The translations under genes and the position numbers were made by a program. The notes beneath the pieces were generated by a model. That model ran no database searches, had not been told where the DNA came from, and worked only from the letters and a program-made list of their open reading frames with translations. A DNA stretch of 63,788 nucleotides, counting the filler, from Trichosphaerium sp. ATCC 40318 (Eukaryota > Protista > Tubulinea), in NCBI GenBank assembly GCA_038496445.1. It is 4 parts of 4 records of this genome, joined end to end, with 100 filler letters (N's around TTAATTAATTAA, not from the genome) between each part and the next. Parts side by side here need not be neighbours in the genome. Positions count along the whole stretch, not along the records: positions 23,064 to 46,759 come from JALMLS010000302.1; 3 more parts are not named here. The stretch is one strand, 5' to 3'. Shown here in pieces: positions 23,991-36,064 of the stretch (position 1 is the first letter of the stretch; the number at the start of each line of letters is the position of its first letter).

Positions 23991-26609
23991 CATTCGGTGA
24001 ACCAACTACCAAAAAAGGCAAGTCTTGCTCATTAAGCGAAAATATACACTAAATATTAAAAAACTTAGTACTTCTACAAAAACACCTCATAACTATACAC
24101 CAAGGCAATATAAATGGTACATACTTTATACACAATAAACCAAGGCATATTTACATAATATACATCAAGCGCTATGTATATGATGATATACATGGTGAGT
24201 AATCAAGGCAACCCTAATGGATAAAACTATAAAATGGCAAAAAATATTTATTTGCTATCACTACTAAATGCCATGATCATTTAGGACTAAATCATTGTTA
24301 TTTCTATGTAGCTACAATATAATACTTTATAAAAATATATTGTATGATAACATAGATGATATTAAAACTGTTATTTACATCATTTTTTAGTACAAATAGC
24401 ATTTTTGCATGTTGACATTGAGAAAAAACCTTTATTTTAGCACTAAGATGATATATTCTTTTATAAAAAGTATGTTATATATCTAATAATCAAATATAAA
24501 AACAATTATGTATGTAATTTTAACATAAGTGGCCTTGATAGGCATATATACCACAAAAAAAAATAAAAAAGCTATAATTCTCAATAAAACATCTGTGTCG
24601 CTGCATTAAAAACATCTATTGAATTCATGTTTCACAAGTCATCAACTACCATGCTTGAGATCATGTATGTGCAATAGATTGCAAATATATGATATAAGTC
24701 CAACAAAATAGATGAATTGCATAAACACACACCAAAAATAATTATTGGCACTATAAAAAGCTCTATGCCAATATAATTTTGCACCCATGATAACATTTCC
24801 AAATGGATAAAAAATAACCATATAACAAAGATATATGGCATCAAGAGGTACCATGGAGGCAAAGCTGTTTTTGGCAAAAATGGCATTTTTTTGGTTTTTT
24901 TACCATAAAGTATGATTGTAGGTAGCTTCATCAAGATCATCTATGTATATATAGTAAATTATAAGATGATGCCATGATGTTTGTTAATAAAAAATGAAGA
25001 ATCGCACACCATAGATAATATATGGGGGGCCTGGTGCATCAACGAACAATATCATCATTTTTGGCCAAAAAGGGCACAAACTCAAAATGCTTCTAAGCCT
25101 TCAAATCCAACCATCATTTTTGTTTTTATATAGGCTTATATAAAGTATATTAAGATGGCATAACAATTAAAGTAAATATTCATAGGGGGTATGGTGGACG
25201 ACCACTAAAAAATGAAAAAATGGAGGAAATTTCTACATTTTCCTGATTTTGGATCGCATATATGCCACCCCACCAAATAAACTGTATACCTCTTATTATT
25301 ACTATGCCAAGTACTATATATCCTCAGTCGCCATTGATCCATCATGTAGTTGGCTGTGACCATTTTCGAAAACATATGCTATAAAAGGTAAAACATATAA
25401 ATTAATTAATAACTATTCATGATGGACATGTATGACAAAATAGATGAATGCATTGGATTCCTTGAGCAAAATAGCATACATGTATATGCATAAGTCAACT
25501 ATAGATGATCATGTAACTGCGGCCTCCAAGCAAAGATGTATCCAATTTTTTGCTAAAAAAATCCCATTGGAAAAATCAAAAAAAATCCAAAAATCAAAGA
25601 ACGGCTCACCAAATCGACGTATACTGCTATAAAATCCTACAAACCACCAGCAATCGGGTAATTTATGCCAATGTATAAGGTACAAAAAACGAAATTGGCT
25701 TAAGCGATATGATAAGGTATGCGGTAATGCATGGTTCAAATTAAATCCCTAACCCTAACCCAATATCGTTTGTTGCATCATAATCTATGACTAAAATTAC
25801 ATACAAGTACATATTTAAGGTTGACATAGGCATTATTATAATCAAGGCCCCCATACAAACTTCTATCAAATGAAAATCAGCTGGATTTTGGCTGCCAAAA
25901 GCAAAAAAAAGACCCCAAAAATGGCTATCTCAGCATGTATGCCACCGACACAAATCTAGTTGCTTCTACCAACATTGCAACAGTGTTTTACATAAGAAAA
26001 AGTATTCTATTTTTTCAAAAGGTATTCTCAAGAGTCAGAATCTGCTAAAACATTTGGCACCTCTGTAGTAGTATCCCTAACCCTAAAAAATTATCTTAGT
26101 TACAAATAAAAGATTATCTTATATCTCATATTCATGAATAGATATAAAAATAAATAATATCTCATTATGTTGCCATGTATGTATAAATATGAATTTAAAT
26201 TACATTTTAGCTACACATGATATACTAAAAACTTTGTGTATATGAGAAATGTGCATACATATTTTTTACCAAAAAAAAAAAACAATTACAAACTCAAAAT
26301 TGCTTGCATCTATATAACTCATCACTATAGATACCTACACATCAATTATTGCTTGCACCATGTTTATATGGCCTAATAACATATATGTACATACATAAAG
26401 TAATTAAAAATACATTTGTAAATGCAGCCTCCAAATGCAACTGCATGGTAAAAATATTTCAAAATTTGCCAAAAAAAAAAGTTCGTGTGTCGCTCACGGG
26501 CCATGTAGTATACGAATATCATTTTTGATGCTGCACATCATAATAATACATGCCTGTGCCTAGCGGCACAGCCATGAAAGTAGCAAAATCTAATAAAATC
26601 GAAAAAGTA

Positions 26610-26882
26610 GAGGTTTAGGTAACCTTAACCCTAAAACCCTAACACTCGAGGTTTAGGGTTCTCGCAAAAAACCCTAGTGTTCAATGAATATGTTCCATTA
26701 TCTGAACATTAGGGTTAGGGCTTAGGGCTTTGTGTACGCCTGTTATTCTATGAAAACATTCTATTCATTGAACATTAGGGTTAGGTTTTAAAACCCTAGC
26801 ATTCAATGAAAATGCTACATTCTTTGAAAAATGCACTAAAAACCCTAGCTCACTTATATTGTATACCTAGGGTTTAGGGTTT
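26610..26882. repeat. Second telomere-like cluster, both orientations, with repeated CCCTAG(T/C)(G/A)TTCAATGAA
   Basis: ttaaccctaaaaccctaa, ggtttagggtt, aaccctagtgttcaatgaa, ttcattgaacattagggg, aaccctagcattcaatgaa, ctagggtttagggttt. Confidence 0.75.
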
Positions 26883-27153
26883 GCGAAATAAACACACACA
26901 TAAAACATGTGTTTGACTATATTATCATTCTAACACACTATTGCTATGTACAATATATAACGCGAAATTCACAAAAAACACCAAAATGATATTTTGTTGC
27001 ACATTTTATGCTTTACAATCTTCTTTATAAAGATTTTTTGAAAATCATCTCAGTTTTCTATCTTGGATTTTACAAATATTCCACCAATCATATTGGACCT
27101 CATATTATTGCACTATTTTTTTGTATTTTGTATTTTGTAACCGAAATTTTCTC

Positions 27154-29806
27154 ATGGAACCACATCTCCATGCCAATTCCATCTTTGGCTTTTATAAGCC
27201 TAATGCTGCTGTATCTGACTCTAATCATGATTCTCATGATTCTATCTCTGATTCTCCTGATTCTCTCTCTCATTCTCTTGAACCTGAATCTGATTCTGAT
27301 TCTGATTCTTTGCCAACAGCTTCTCCTTCATCTTCTCCATTTCCAACCAACAACCGGCCCTCTCCAACCCCTTCAACCAACCATGACCCTTCCTCTCCTA
27401 TTCCAACCCAGGCAACTCCTAATTCTTCTTCTATAGTGTTTTGTCCTTCTACTACTTCTGAAATAGTACAACCTGCTTTCTTTGAAACCAATGATTATCT
27501 GCCATTTGCTGCAAAGTATGACATGAAAAAAGGCAGAATTGGAAGGGCCAACTATGAAAAAGAAGCTCTCTTTGATACTTGGCCTTCTGTACTTGATTTT
27601 AGACAAAGTGTTATGAATATAAGAGGAGAGGTATATGGTGAAGAGCATTTGATGCAAATACAGCACAATCAAATCAAGAAAAACAACACTTATGGCAATA
27701 TTGATCAAGACATTGGCAGAGTAAGACAGTTTTTCTATTTTTGCAAATGTGCTGCCATGGAAGCAGGACAACAAGTGTCTGAAGCTCACTTTCACTCTAA
27801 AAGGTGCCTCTCTCTCTTTTTTCCTTTTTGTATTAAAGTTCGAGCGATTTTTTAACACGGTTTTTAAGTGTTCGTATTCCGACACGCCCCGCGCCTGTTC
27901 TTTTACCTTTTACATTAAAATCATCTCCTCTAGCTTTTTTGTATTGAAACTCAAACTATTTTAAAAGACATCTTTCCAAGTGTTCACTTTTACCACACCG
28001 AGCTCGCGGTCCCGTTTCGCACACGCCCTGCGCCTGTTCGCTAACCTTTCGCTTAGTTTCTTGGAGCACTATGTCCAATTGTTGGTTGTTTTGAAATATT
28101 GTAAAACATCCATCACCAAGAGCTTTGAGTCCTTGCAAAGATGCTACACCAGAATCCACTTGCATTTTGATTGCAAGTATCAAGATATAATGGATGATTT
28201 TGACAATGACAGTGAAGAAGCTACCAAGTGCAGAACCCACAAGAGAAAGCTGCTTGATGTTATAGATACTTGCACCAGAATCACCAAAAGAAGAAGGTTG
28301 CTATCCTTAACTGTGCCTAGAAAAGTGACTTCAAGCATCACAAGAGTCAACCAAGGCAAAAGCATGATTCCTACAGAGTTTCAAACCTTCATTCTCTTTC
28401 TTTTCAGACAGTTGATAAAATATGCTGATTTAATTGAAAGAACCAAGCTCAAAGCCACTCACTACATTGACAGAGTTATTCTACACAGCAATCAAATCAA
28501 AGATGCAGCATTTGAATACCAGAGATATCTCATCACTCTTTGTGTTATGCTTTCTGGTGGACAGAGAAGACAAGTTGTTGCCAATATAAAAGTGGCTGAT
28601 TTAAAATTCAGACCAGGTGATCAATCTCTTGAATTTGCTCTCAGTGTTGAAAAGAAGCAAAGGAGAAACAACTCCATGGCTCTCTCTGTACGTTCGACGC
28701 TTTTTTTCTTCGCACACGCGTTACGCGTGTTCGGTTTTGTACCGCGAGCTCGCGGTCGTCTTCGAACACGTTAAAACTCTGTTCGTTTTTTTTTGTATTT
28801 TCCGCTCGTCCTGACTTGCTTTTTGTCTGTAGATGGATAACAAGCTGTACACTTATGTTGCTTTGTGGTACAACAACTATAGAAAGCTGTTGGTTGATGT
28901 GAATGCCACCCATCCTGTTCTTCAATTTTGGGTAAACAAAATAGGCACTCCAATGGGCAACAATTCAATCAGTAAGATGGTCAAACATGTTGGAAAGAAA
29001 TTCAATCCTTTTGTCACCAACCTCTCTTGCTCCACTGTAAGGCACATCACTTTGACCAAACTCTTTGCTGGAGAGTATGCTAGCCATTGCCCTGCTGTCA
29101 ACTTTCAAAGCTTGGGTATGGAGATAACCAGACTTCTCAACACTTCCTTGAAGACTGCCAACAAATACTACAATGACTTTGACTCTCAAATACAAGATGA
29201 GTATGGGTTTTTTGGTTTTTTTTTTTTCTTTTTTAGAAACTCACCCTTTTTTTTTTTTTGTAGAGCCACATTAACAATGATCAATAAAGAAGCTTTGGGA
29301 CCTATTGCTGATGCCATAGAAATTCCTGAACACTTGGAAGAGCTCATTGACAAAACCAAACTTCCAGCCATAGTGAGAGACACACTGTCCAGGCCTGTTC
29401 GAGTAGATCCGGACCTACGAAATGCTGTGTCTGAAAAAGATGTCTCTTTTTATGAACCTGAAGGAGCCAAAACTGTGCTTTACCATCAAAGTACTTACTT
29501 TTACCACTACTGATACAATAGATAGATTGCTTTTTATTTTTTACTGAGTTTTTTTTTTTTTTTGTAGATGCACATAAGTTATCCAAAATAATGGCTGTCT
29601 TTAAAAATACACAAGGAGAATTGACATGCAAGGTACAGTTAGCAGACAAATCCATTACTGTTTGGCCTTTTGAAAAGGTGGCCAAACACAACATGGCTGA
29701 TTTGCAACAAGCCATGTTGAAGGAGCTTCAAGAGAGAGATGACAACTATGAGCTTGTCAAAGCAGAGCTAAAAAAAGCCAAAAACCAGGAATTAGAGGAA
29801 GATTAA
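27154..29806 (+). CDS. Intron-containing tyrosine recombinase (~6 exons) with S/D/P-rich N-terminus and possible chromo-shadow-like C-terminus
   Basis: LSGGQRRQVVANIKVADL (box I R), VEKKQR (K), LSCSTVRH (xxxR-H), LLNTSLKTANKYY (box II Y). Introns at 27804-27933, ~28014-28056, 28688-28832, ~29201-29263 and ~29491-29567; exon 2 phase uncertain. Confidence 0.75.
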
Positions 29807-32800
29807 ACTAACACTAACTTGCACCCAACCTTGCACTCAACCCCCCACCCACCTTCCAAACCTTACCTTCTAACCTACACCAACCTTTACCCTAAAATCT
29901 CATTATATTGCACTTGAAATTTTATATATATCTATAACCACACATAAAATAAATAAATAAATAAATATATATAATACACATTCAAACAACAAGTCTTTTT
30001 TTTATTGTACAAAGAGGCTGAATAATAGCTCTCTTTTTTTTTTTTTTTTTTCAATTAAAAAACACATGTACAATGTGTCTTTATTTCGAAAAAAACTTGC
30101 TCTGAAAAAAAAAAAAAAAAAACCTACAAGTTGTTTTTTTTTAAACTACATTAAATTAAACTACATTAAAACTATATTTATTAAGGTAAAGTTACACAAT
30201 GTGTTTTACTCAAAGATTTCTTCACTGAGTTGTTCTTCTCCTTCGCCATCCTCGTCTTCGTTTTCAACAGGCTTTTTACCTGTCTTGTTTTTCTTGTTGG
30301 CCCTTTCTGCTTTGCCAATGCTGTTTCTCTTTCTTTTTTTTGCACCAGAAGATCTAGTTGGTATTTTACCTGGAGTTTTCAACACTCTTTTGCCTCTTCT
30401 TTGTTTTCTTGGTGGTAAATCAGCTTTTTCTACCAGTTGTTCAGTTATGATTTCTTCTTCTTCTTCTTCATCTTCATCATCACTTTCTTCTTCTTTACCT
30501 TTCTTATTATCTTCCTCCTCCTCTTCTTTGCTCTCTTCATCATCTTCACTCAACTGGGTCAAATCTATTTTACCAGCTACAAAAAAAAACTCCAAGTAAG
30601 TCATGTGAAGTTCGCATAAAAAATGCTATATTTCGAACAGGAAAAATACGTGTCGGCGACCGACCGCGAGCTCGCGGTCACGTTCGAACACATAAAATGT
30701 GTGTTAAAAAATCGGCGAAGGGAAAAAATTAATATAAAACTTGCCTTTGATCAAGGTGTCACCAGACTTTGATTCAGGATCAATAACCAAGGTGAGGTGC
30801 AATCTTCCATCCACTTTTTTAATCAAAGTAGGCATAGACAACAATTGGAGCATCTCTTCAGTCTTTGCCTTGTAAAATTTTTGCAACAACCCCTTTCTCA
30901 AAGCCAAACTTCTTCTCCTCTTGGTTCTTGGAGTTAGAGGTTGGGTGGATTGAGAGCCATATTGAGAGGAAGAGGCAGCAGGCTTCTCAGAAGAAGATTC
31001 ACCATTGTTGGATGGTGCAAGTGCTAAGTAAGAACAACATGAGTACTGAGTTATGTCAAAAACAAAAAAAACAAAACTTCGAGCTATTTTTCAACAGATA
31101 AAACACATGTCGGCAACCGACCGCGAGCTCGCGGTCTAATACGAACACAGAAAATATGTGTTCACATTTAACGTACCTCGTTTTAGTCTCTGACTGCTTC
31201 TGGTGGTCATCTTTGTTGGTCCTGACCTTTTATTTACATCACGTTTTGATGTAGAAGGCTGTGGTTTATCAGAATCTAAATAACATCAACTGGTACATTG
31301 GTTTATGAAGAAAAAAAAAAAAAAAAAAAGAGAAAGGAAAAAAAAAAAAACCAACACATCGCGATCGTGTTCGTACCGAGTACGATCGGTCTGTGAGTTA
31401 CTACACTTTCAAACCAAGGCTCACTTGATTTTTTGAACAACCCATGTGCTCTGCTGCTTCTTCTTGGTCTTTTTTGCAGCTGGATTTCTTCTGAAACCTC
31501 ATCCTCAACCTCATCCTCAACCTCATCCTCATCTTCATCTTCTTTTTCTTCAAAATCTTCTTCTTCATTTGATGTAGGAGGAGTTGTTTTAACCATAGGC
31601 TTCTTTTTCTTGCCTTTGCCTTTACCTCTTTTTTTTTTATGCCTGTTTATGGCACTGCCTTCACTTGCCCTTGCATTGGCAGTGTTCTTGGCCCTTGTAT
31701 CTCTAAAAGGCAAATAGGCATTCTCCAACATGGCTTCTAACTGAGGAGCTACAAAGGACATTAGTTTAAAAGTAAACTAGGGGAGAAAAAAAAAAAAAAG
31801 AAAAGAGTACGACCGCTACGTTCGACGAACAGGCAATTCGCGTGTAGTGCCGAGCACAACATTGGATGTGTAGTGTAAAAAAAAAAATGGCACTTACTTG
31901 CTTCTTCCACCTCAGGCAAATCCAAGCACTGCATAGACAACAGAGCAGTGTGAGAGAAGGAGAGCACCTTTGCTGCTTGCTTGTACTTCATTTCTTCTAT
32001 AACCATCTTGGGCAATTTTTGGCCATCTTCTGTGGTGCTGGTCCAAAGCAAGTGCAGGTCGTACATCAAAAGCTGGCGAAATATACACGGACGTAGGCTG
32101 TTCGCGAAATTCACGTGCTCTTCCTCGGTGCTCGTGTCCCACGAGAGCTCGTACCAACCAAGCTCGTTCAGCTGTTTCAAGGCCTCGAGTTAAAGTTAGA
32201 TGAGGCTGGAGGGAGAAGAAAGAAAAAAAAAAAACAACAAAAAAAAAAAACTGACCAATTGGTTTTTTTTTTTTTTGTACCTGTGTGATATATTGGCTGC
32301 AGTTCTTGTACCTCTGCAAATAATAGGATTGATTGGTCTCATGATATACCCTGCAAGTCAGTGCCTTGACAAACTAAATGTACAAGTTAGGCACAAACCC
32401 TTTTTTCAAAAAAAAATATAAAAGGTACTTGACTTACTGCTATTCTGGCATGGAGAGGTAACTCTGCCCATGCAGCATGAGCCAATATTCTAGTCCTGTA
32501 GCCCACTGGATGTTTGGTGTGCTATGATGAGAGTGTGAGTGAACGACCGAAACTTTGTACGACACACAAAATGCGTGTTCGAATCCGACCGCGAGCTCGC
32601 GGTCCGTACTTCGACACGTGAAATGCGTGTTCGAATAAAGACGAAAGCCTACGTACCACATTTTCAGCAGATGCAACCAATTCTGCTATCAGAGCACTGT
32701 CCAATGGCTCAAAAAACATGCCAGCCTTAACAAACTGCTTGCTTTCTTCCCAATTGGTCACATATGGAAAGTATAGATTCATCTTAACCAAAAACTAAAC

Positions 32801-33853
32801 AAAACAATCAATTATAACATACAAATAAAAAAAAAATACAAACTAAAAATCGTCGGTTTTACAACAGAGTATTTTAGTGTTCGTACACGACCGCGAGCTC
32901 GCGGTACGATTTACGACACGCGAAACCTCTGTTTAAAAATACTTGCGAAAAAAAAAAAAAAAAAAAAGATTAAAAAAAAGATTAAAAAAAAAAAACAACC
33001 CTCACCTCTTTCCATTCAGCACGACTGAGCTGAGGTTTGACTTTGCTGGCTCCCCATATTGCAAAATTCACCTTACTTATATCTCCTGCCTCCGCTTGGT
33101 AATCGAAGACCTGGCCCGCGTCGTCGCACCACATCTTGAACAGGTGGCGGTAGCGATCCACCTTGGAGTCTGGAGTGGTCAGACTTTGCAGAAAGTTGAT
33201 CTTGGTGCAGTAGATCGCTATCGCCTGCATCTTGGCGAAAGGATTTATCCACTCCACATTCTTGATTGCAAATTTGCAGGTTGTAGCTGCATTTTGTCTA
33301 AGGCAAACAAGTAAGAAACAATTGAACAATAAGGTAAGGAAAAGCAAAAAACCAGAAAAACAAGAAAAACAAAAAAAAAGGTTCGTCGTTCGAGTTTTTT
33401 TACAACAGGAAAATCTCGTGTTCGAAAGTGACCGCGAGCTCGCGGTCGGTCGACCAACACGTAAAATATGTGTTCGAAAATGTTCGCGAACGTACGCCAA
33501 CTCTGTCAAAAGACAGTGTGCTCCATCTCCAACTCCAAAGCCAACAATAGGGTCTGTATTGTACTCATCACACCAAACAATAGGCATAGGGCAAAGCACA
33601 AACCTTTTGGTAAAGGTTTCATAAATAGGCATCTTCTGTATAATGTTTCTGGGGTTGACTCCTCTGACATTCAAAAAACAAGCTATATGTGACATGTCCA
33701 AGGGGCCTTTGTAAAATGAGGGCTTCTTCACTCTCAGATACTTCTTGTTGATAGAGTTGGCAGCAATCCCTCTTAGCAAGGCCTTTTTTATTGATGGCTT
33801 TATGATGCAGCCATTCAATTTATTGGTGCCTGTCTTCATGTAGCTATATAAAA

Positions 33854-33897
<44 letters not shown>

Positions 33898-35496
33898 GAC
33901 GACGTTCGTTTTCGAACACGTTGAACGCGTGTTAAAAATATCGCGAAAATTGTTACTTACTCCACAAAGAGATGGAAATCTGAATCATTGCCAAAGCTCA
34001 AGGAATCTCTAAAATGGACCAAAAGAAGGGCAATGTAGTACCAAGAATCTGTGACATGAAGTCCCATGGCTGTGTAGAATATGCCAGTCCAGAGTAGCAC
34101 CTGCCAATACAACTGTCTCCACTTGCAGCTTATAATCCATCCATTCCTCTCCTTCTCCTCTACCTTCGATTCCTCATCTCCGTGTTCTCTCGACATGGGT
34201 TCGTGCTCCTTGTAATCTCTGGTGTAGTTGCCTTCGAAGTGCATCGGCTTCCACCACTTTTCTTCATCCGAGGAGTAGATTTTTTTGACATTTTCAATAA
34301 ACTTCTGCAGTTGGTCTACTCCTTCAACAAATGGAAATCTCTCCTAAAGAAACAAATTAATTTAAAAAAAAAACAAAAAAAAAAAAACCTAAAAGCCGAC
34401 GATTTTACAACAGGATATTTAAGTGTTCGTACACGACCGCGAGCTCGCGGTCGCACGTTCGACACATGAAAACTGTGTTATGAATACTTTAGGAAAAAAA
34501 ATCAAAAAAATAATCAAAAAAAAAAAAAATCAGAAAAAAAAAAAAAACAAAAAAAAAAAAAAAAAAAAAAACGAAATAAAACGAACACGGCCCGCGCGTG
34601 TATGTATCGGAAAACGTACCTTGAATGCTGCCTTCAGCTTGTTGTTAGGAGTTATTTGGGACTCCAGCACATTATCAAAGCTGGCAACAAAAAACCCATT
34701 TAGGCATCTCTTCATCCTCTTGATGGGCATGGTTTTAGCATAAACCAACTGGTTGGCTATGATAACACCTCTACATAGATAAATTAGTTGAAATGAATTA
34801 AAAATAAAAAAAAAAAACAAAAAATAAAAAAAAAATATAAATGGCGGCTACGTTTACGAACATGCGCCGCGCGTGTTGCGTCGAACACGAAATTTAATGG
34901 GTAAAAAAAAAAAAAATGGACAAAACAAAAAAAAAACCAAAAAAACAACCAACTTACTCAAAACCAAAGATAACATCTCTGTGTTCTCCAATAAGGGTAC
35001 CCACAATTTTTGTTTCAGTATTGTGGTTTCCATGACTGCTCACAATCATCCAACCAGGGCTTGTTGGAGCTAAAAAGAGTATTAGAAGATGGCACATCAA
35101 ATAAAAATACAAACACGTTTTTTTCGTGTGGAAAATATGACCTCGAGCTTGCGGTCGGAAACGAACACATTAAATATGTGTTACGTATACAACGACAAGC
35201 TTGCAGTCAGTTTTAAAGCAAGACTTTTAAAAAAAAAAAACGGTTTTTAAAAAAAGTACACACTTTTTATGTGTACGAAAACCGACCGCGAGCTCGAGGT
35301 CAGGTACGAACACAATAAACATGTGTAGTATACCATAAAGCAAGCTTGCAGTCAGTTATAAAGCAAGACTTTTAAAAAAAAAAACGGTTTTTTAAAAAGT
35401 ACACACTTTTTATGTGTATGAAAACCGACCGCAAGCTCGCGGTCATGTACGAACACGTAAAAGGCGTGTTTAAAATCGTACAGCGAGCTCGCGGTC
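27997..35496. repeat. Dispersed intronic palindrome GACCGCGAGCTCGCGGTC with flanking ACAC-N9-GTGT boxes
   Basis: Cores at 27997 (partial), 28741, 30662, 31119, 32587, 32889, 33430, 34434, 35139, 35284, 35427 and 35481 (partial). Confidence 0.95.
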
Positions 35497-36064
35497 TGTA
35501 AAAAAAGCAAAACAACAAAAAAATATCTAAAAAAAGTACACAATTAAATTGTGTACCAAAACCAACTGCCAACTAGCGCGACATGCGAACACGCGATATA
35601 CGTGTTCCAATACCGCGACGAGCTCGCTGTTCTAAATTGAAGCAAAATAAAACAGTGTGAACCAAAACCAAACGAAAAAACAACGCACACGCGTTCTGCG
35701 TGTTACGAAACGCCGTTTGAGTTTGGTTCCACCATGAGAAAAAAACCGCATGGTAACGGAAAAACCGTACACATGAAAACCGTGTACAAAAACCGTCGGT
35801 TTTTTTCGAAAAATTTACTTGAAAAATTAACAAATTTAAGGTTTTAAAAAAACCATCTAAAAGCAAAAAAACCCCCTTTATTAGTCTTTAAAAATTAAAA
35901 TAAGACTAATAAAGGGAGTTTTAAAAAAAAAAGAGTAAAAAAAAGAGGTTAGTACCTAGTTTTTTCTTCCTCTTGAGCCTGAGCTTACCATCAGCTTCTT
36001 TGGAGGGCTCATCCTCATCAGAAAACTCAATGTTTATTAGAGAGAGGTCTTCATCTGAGCTCAT
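30206..36064 (-). CDS. ~14-exon, ~1000-aa protein with central ParB/Srx-like domain and acidic/basic low-complexity C-terminus
   Basis: Manual splicing gives consistent phases from MSSDEDL (36064) to EEIFE* (30206), if one GC donor and one GAG acceptor are allowed. Contains NVRGVNPRNI..PMPIVW..GFGVGDGAHCLLTELA..INFLQSLTTPDSKVDRY. Confidence 0.65.
35196..35480. repeat. ~144-bp direct tandem duplication containing the palindrome module
   Basis: caagcttgcagtcagtt.taaagcaagactttt..cggtttt..gtacacactttttatgtgta.gaaaaccgaccgc repeated at 35196 and 35341. Confidence 0.9.
35874..35916. other. 15-bp-stem hairpin in intron 1, homologous to 23185-23229
   Basis: ccctttattagtctt...aagactaataaaggg. Confidence 0.85.

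Noticed and set aside
24000-26600. ORFs such as 24632-24940
   Set aside because: AT-rich degenerate sequence with no recognisable motifs or splice structure.
27008-31717. Overlapping and antisense ORFs rich in S/L/F/K
   Set aside because: Shadows of low-complexity exons and poly-A/T introns.
27997-35496. Palindrome array as a CRISPR
   Set aside because: Spacing is irregular (143 to ~1900 bp), intervening DNA is spliced exons, no cas genes, eukaryotic context.
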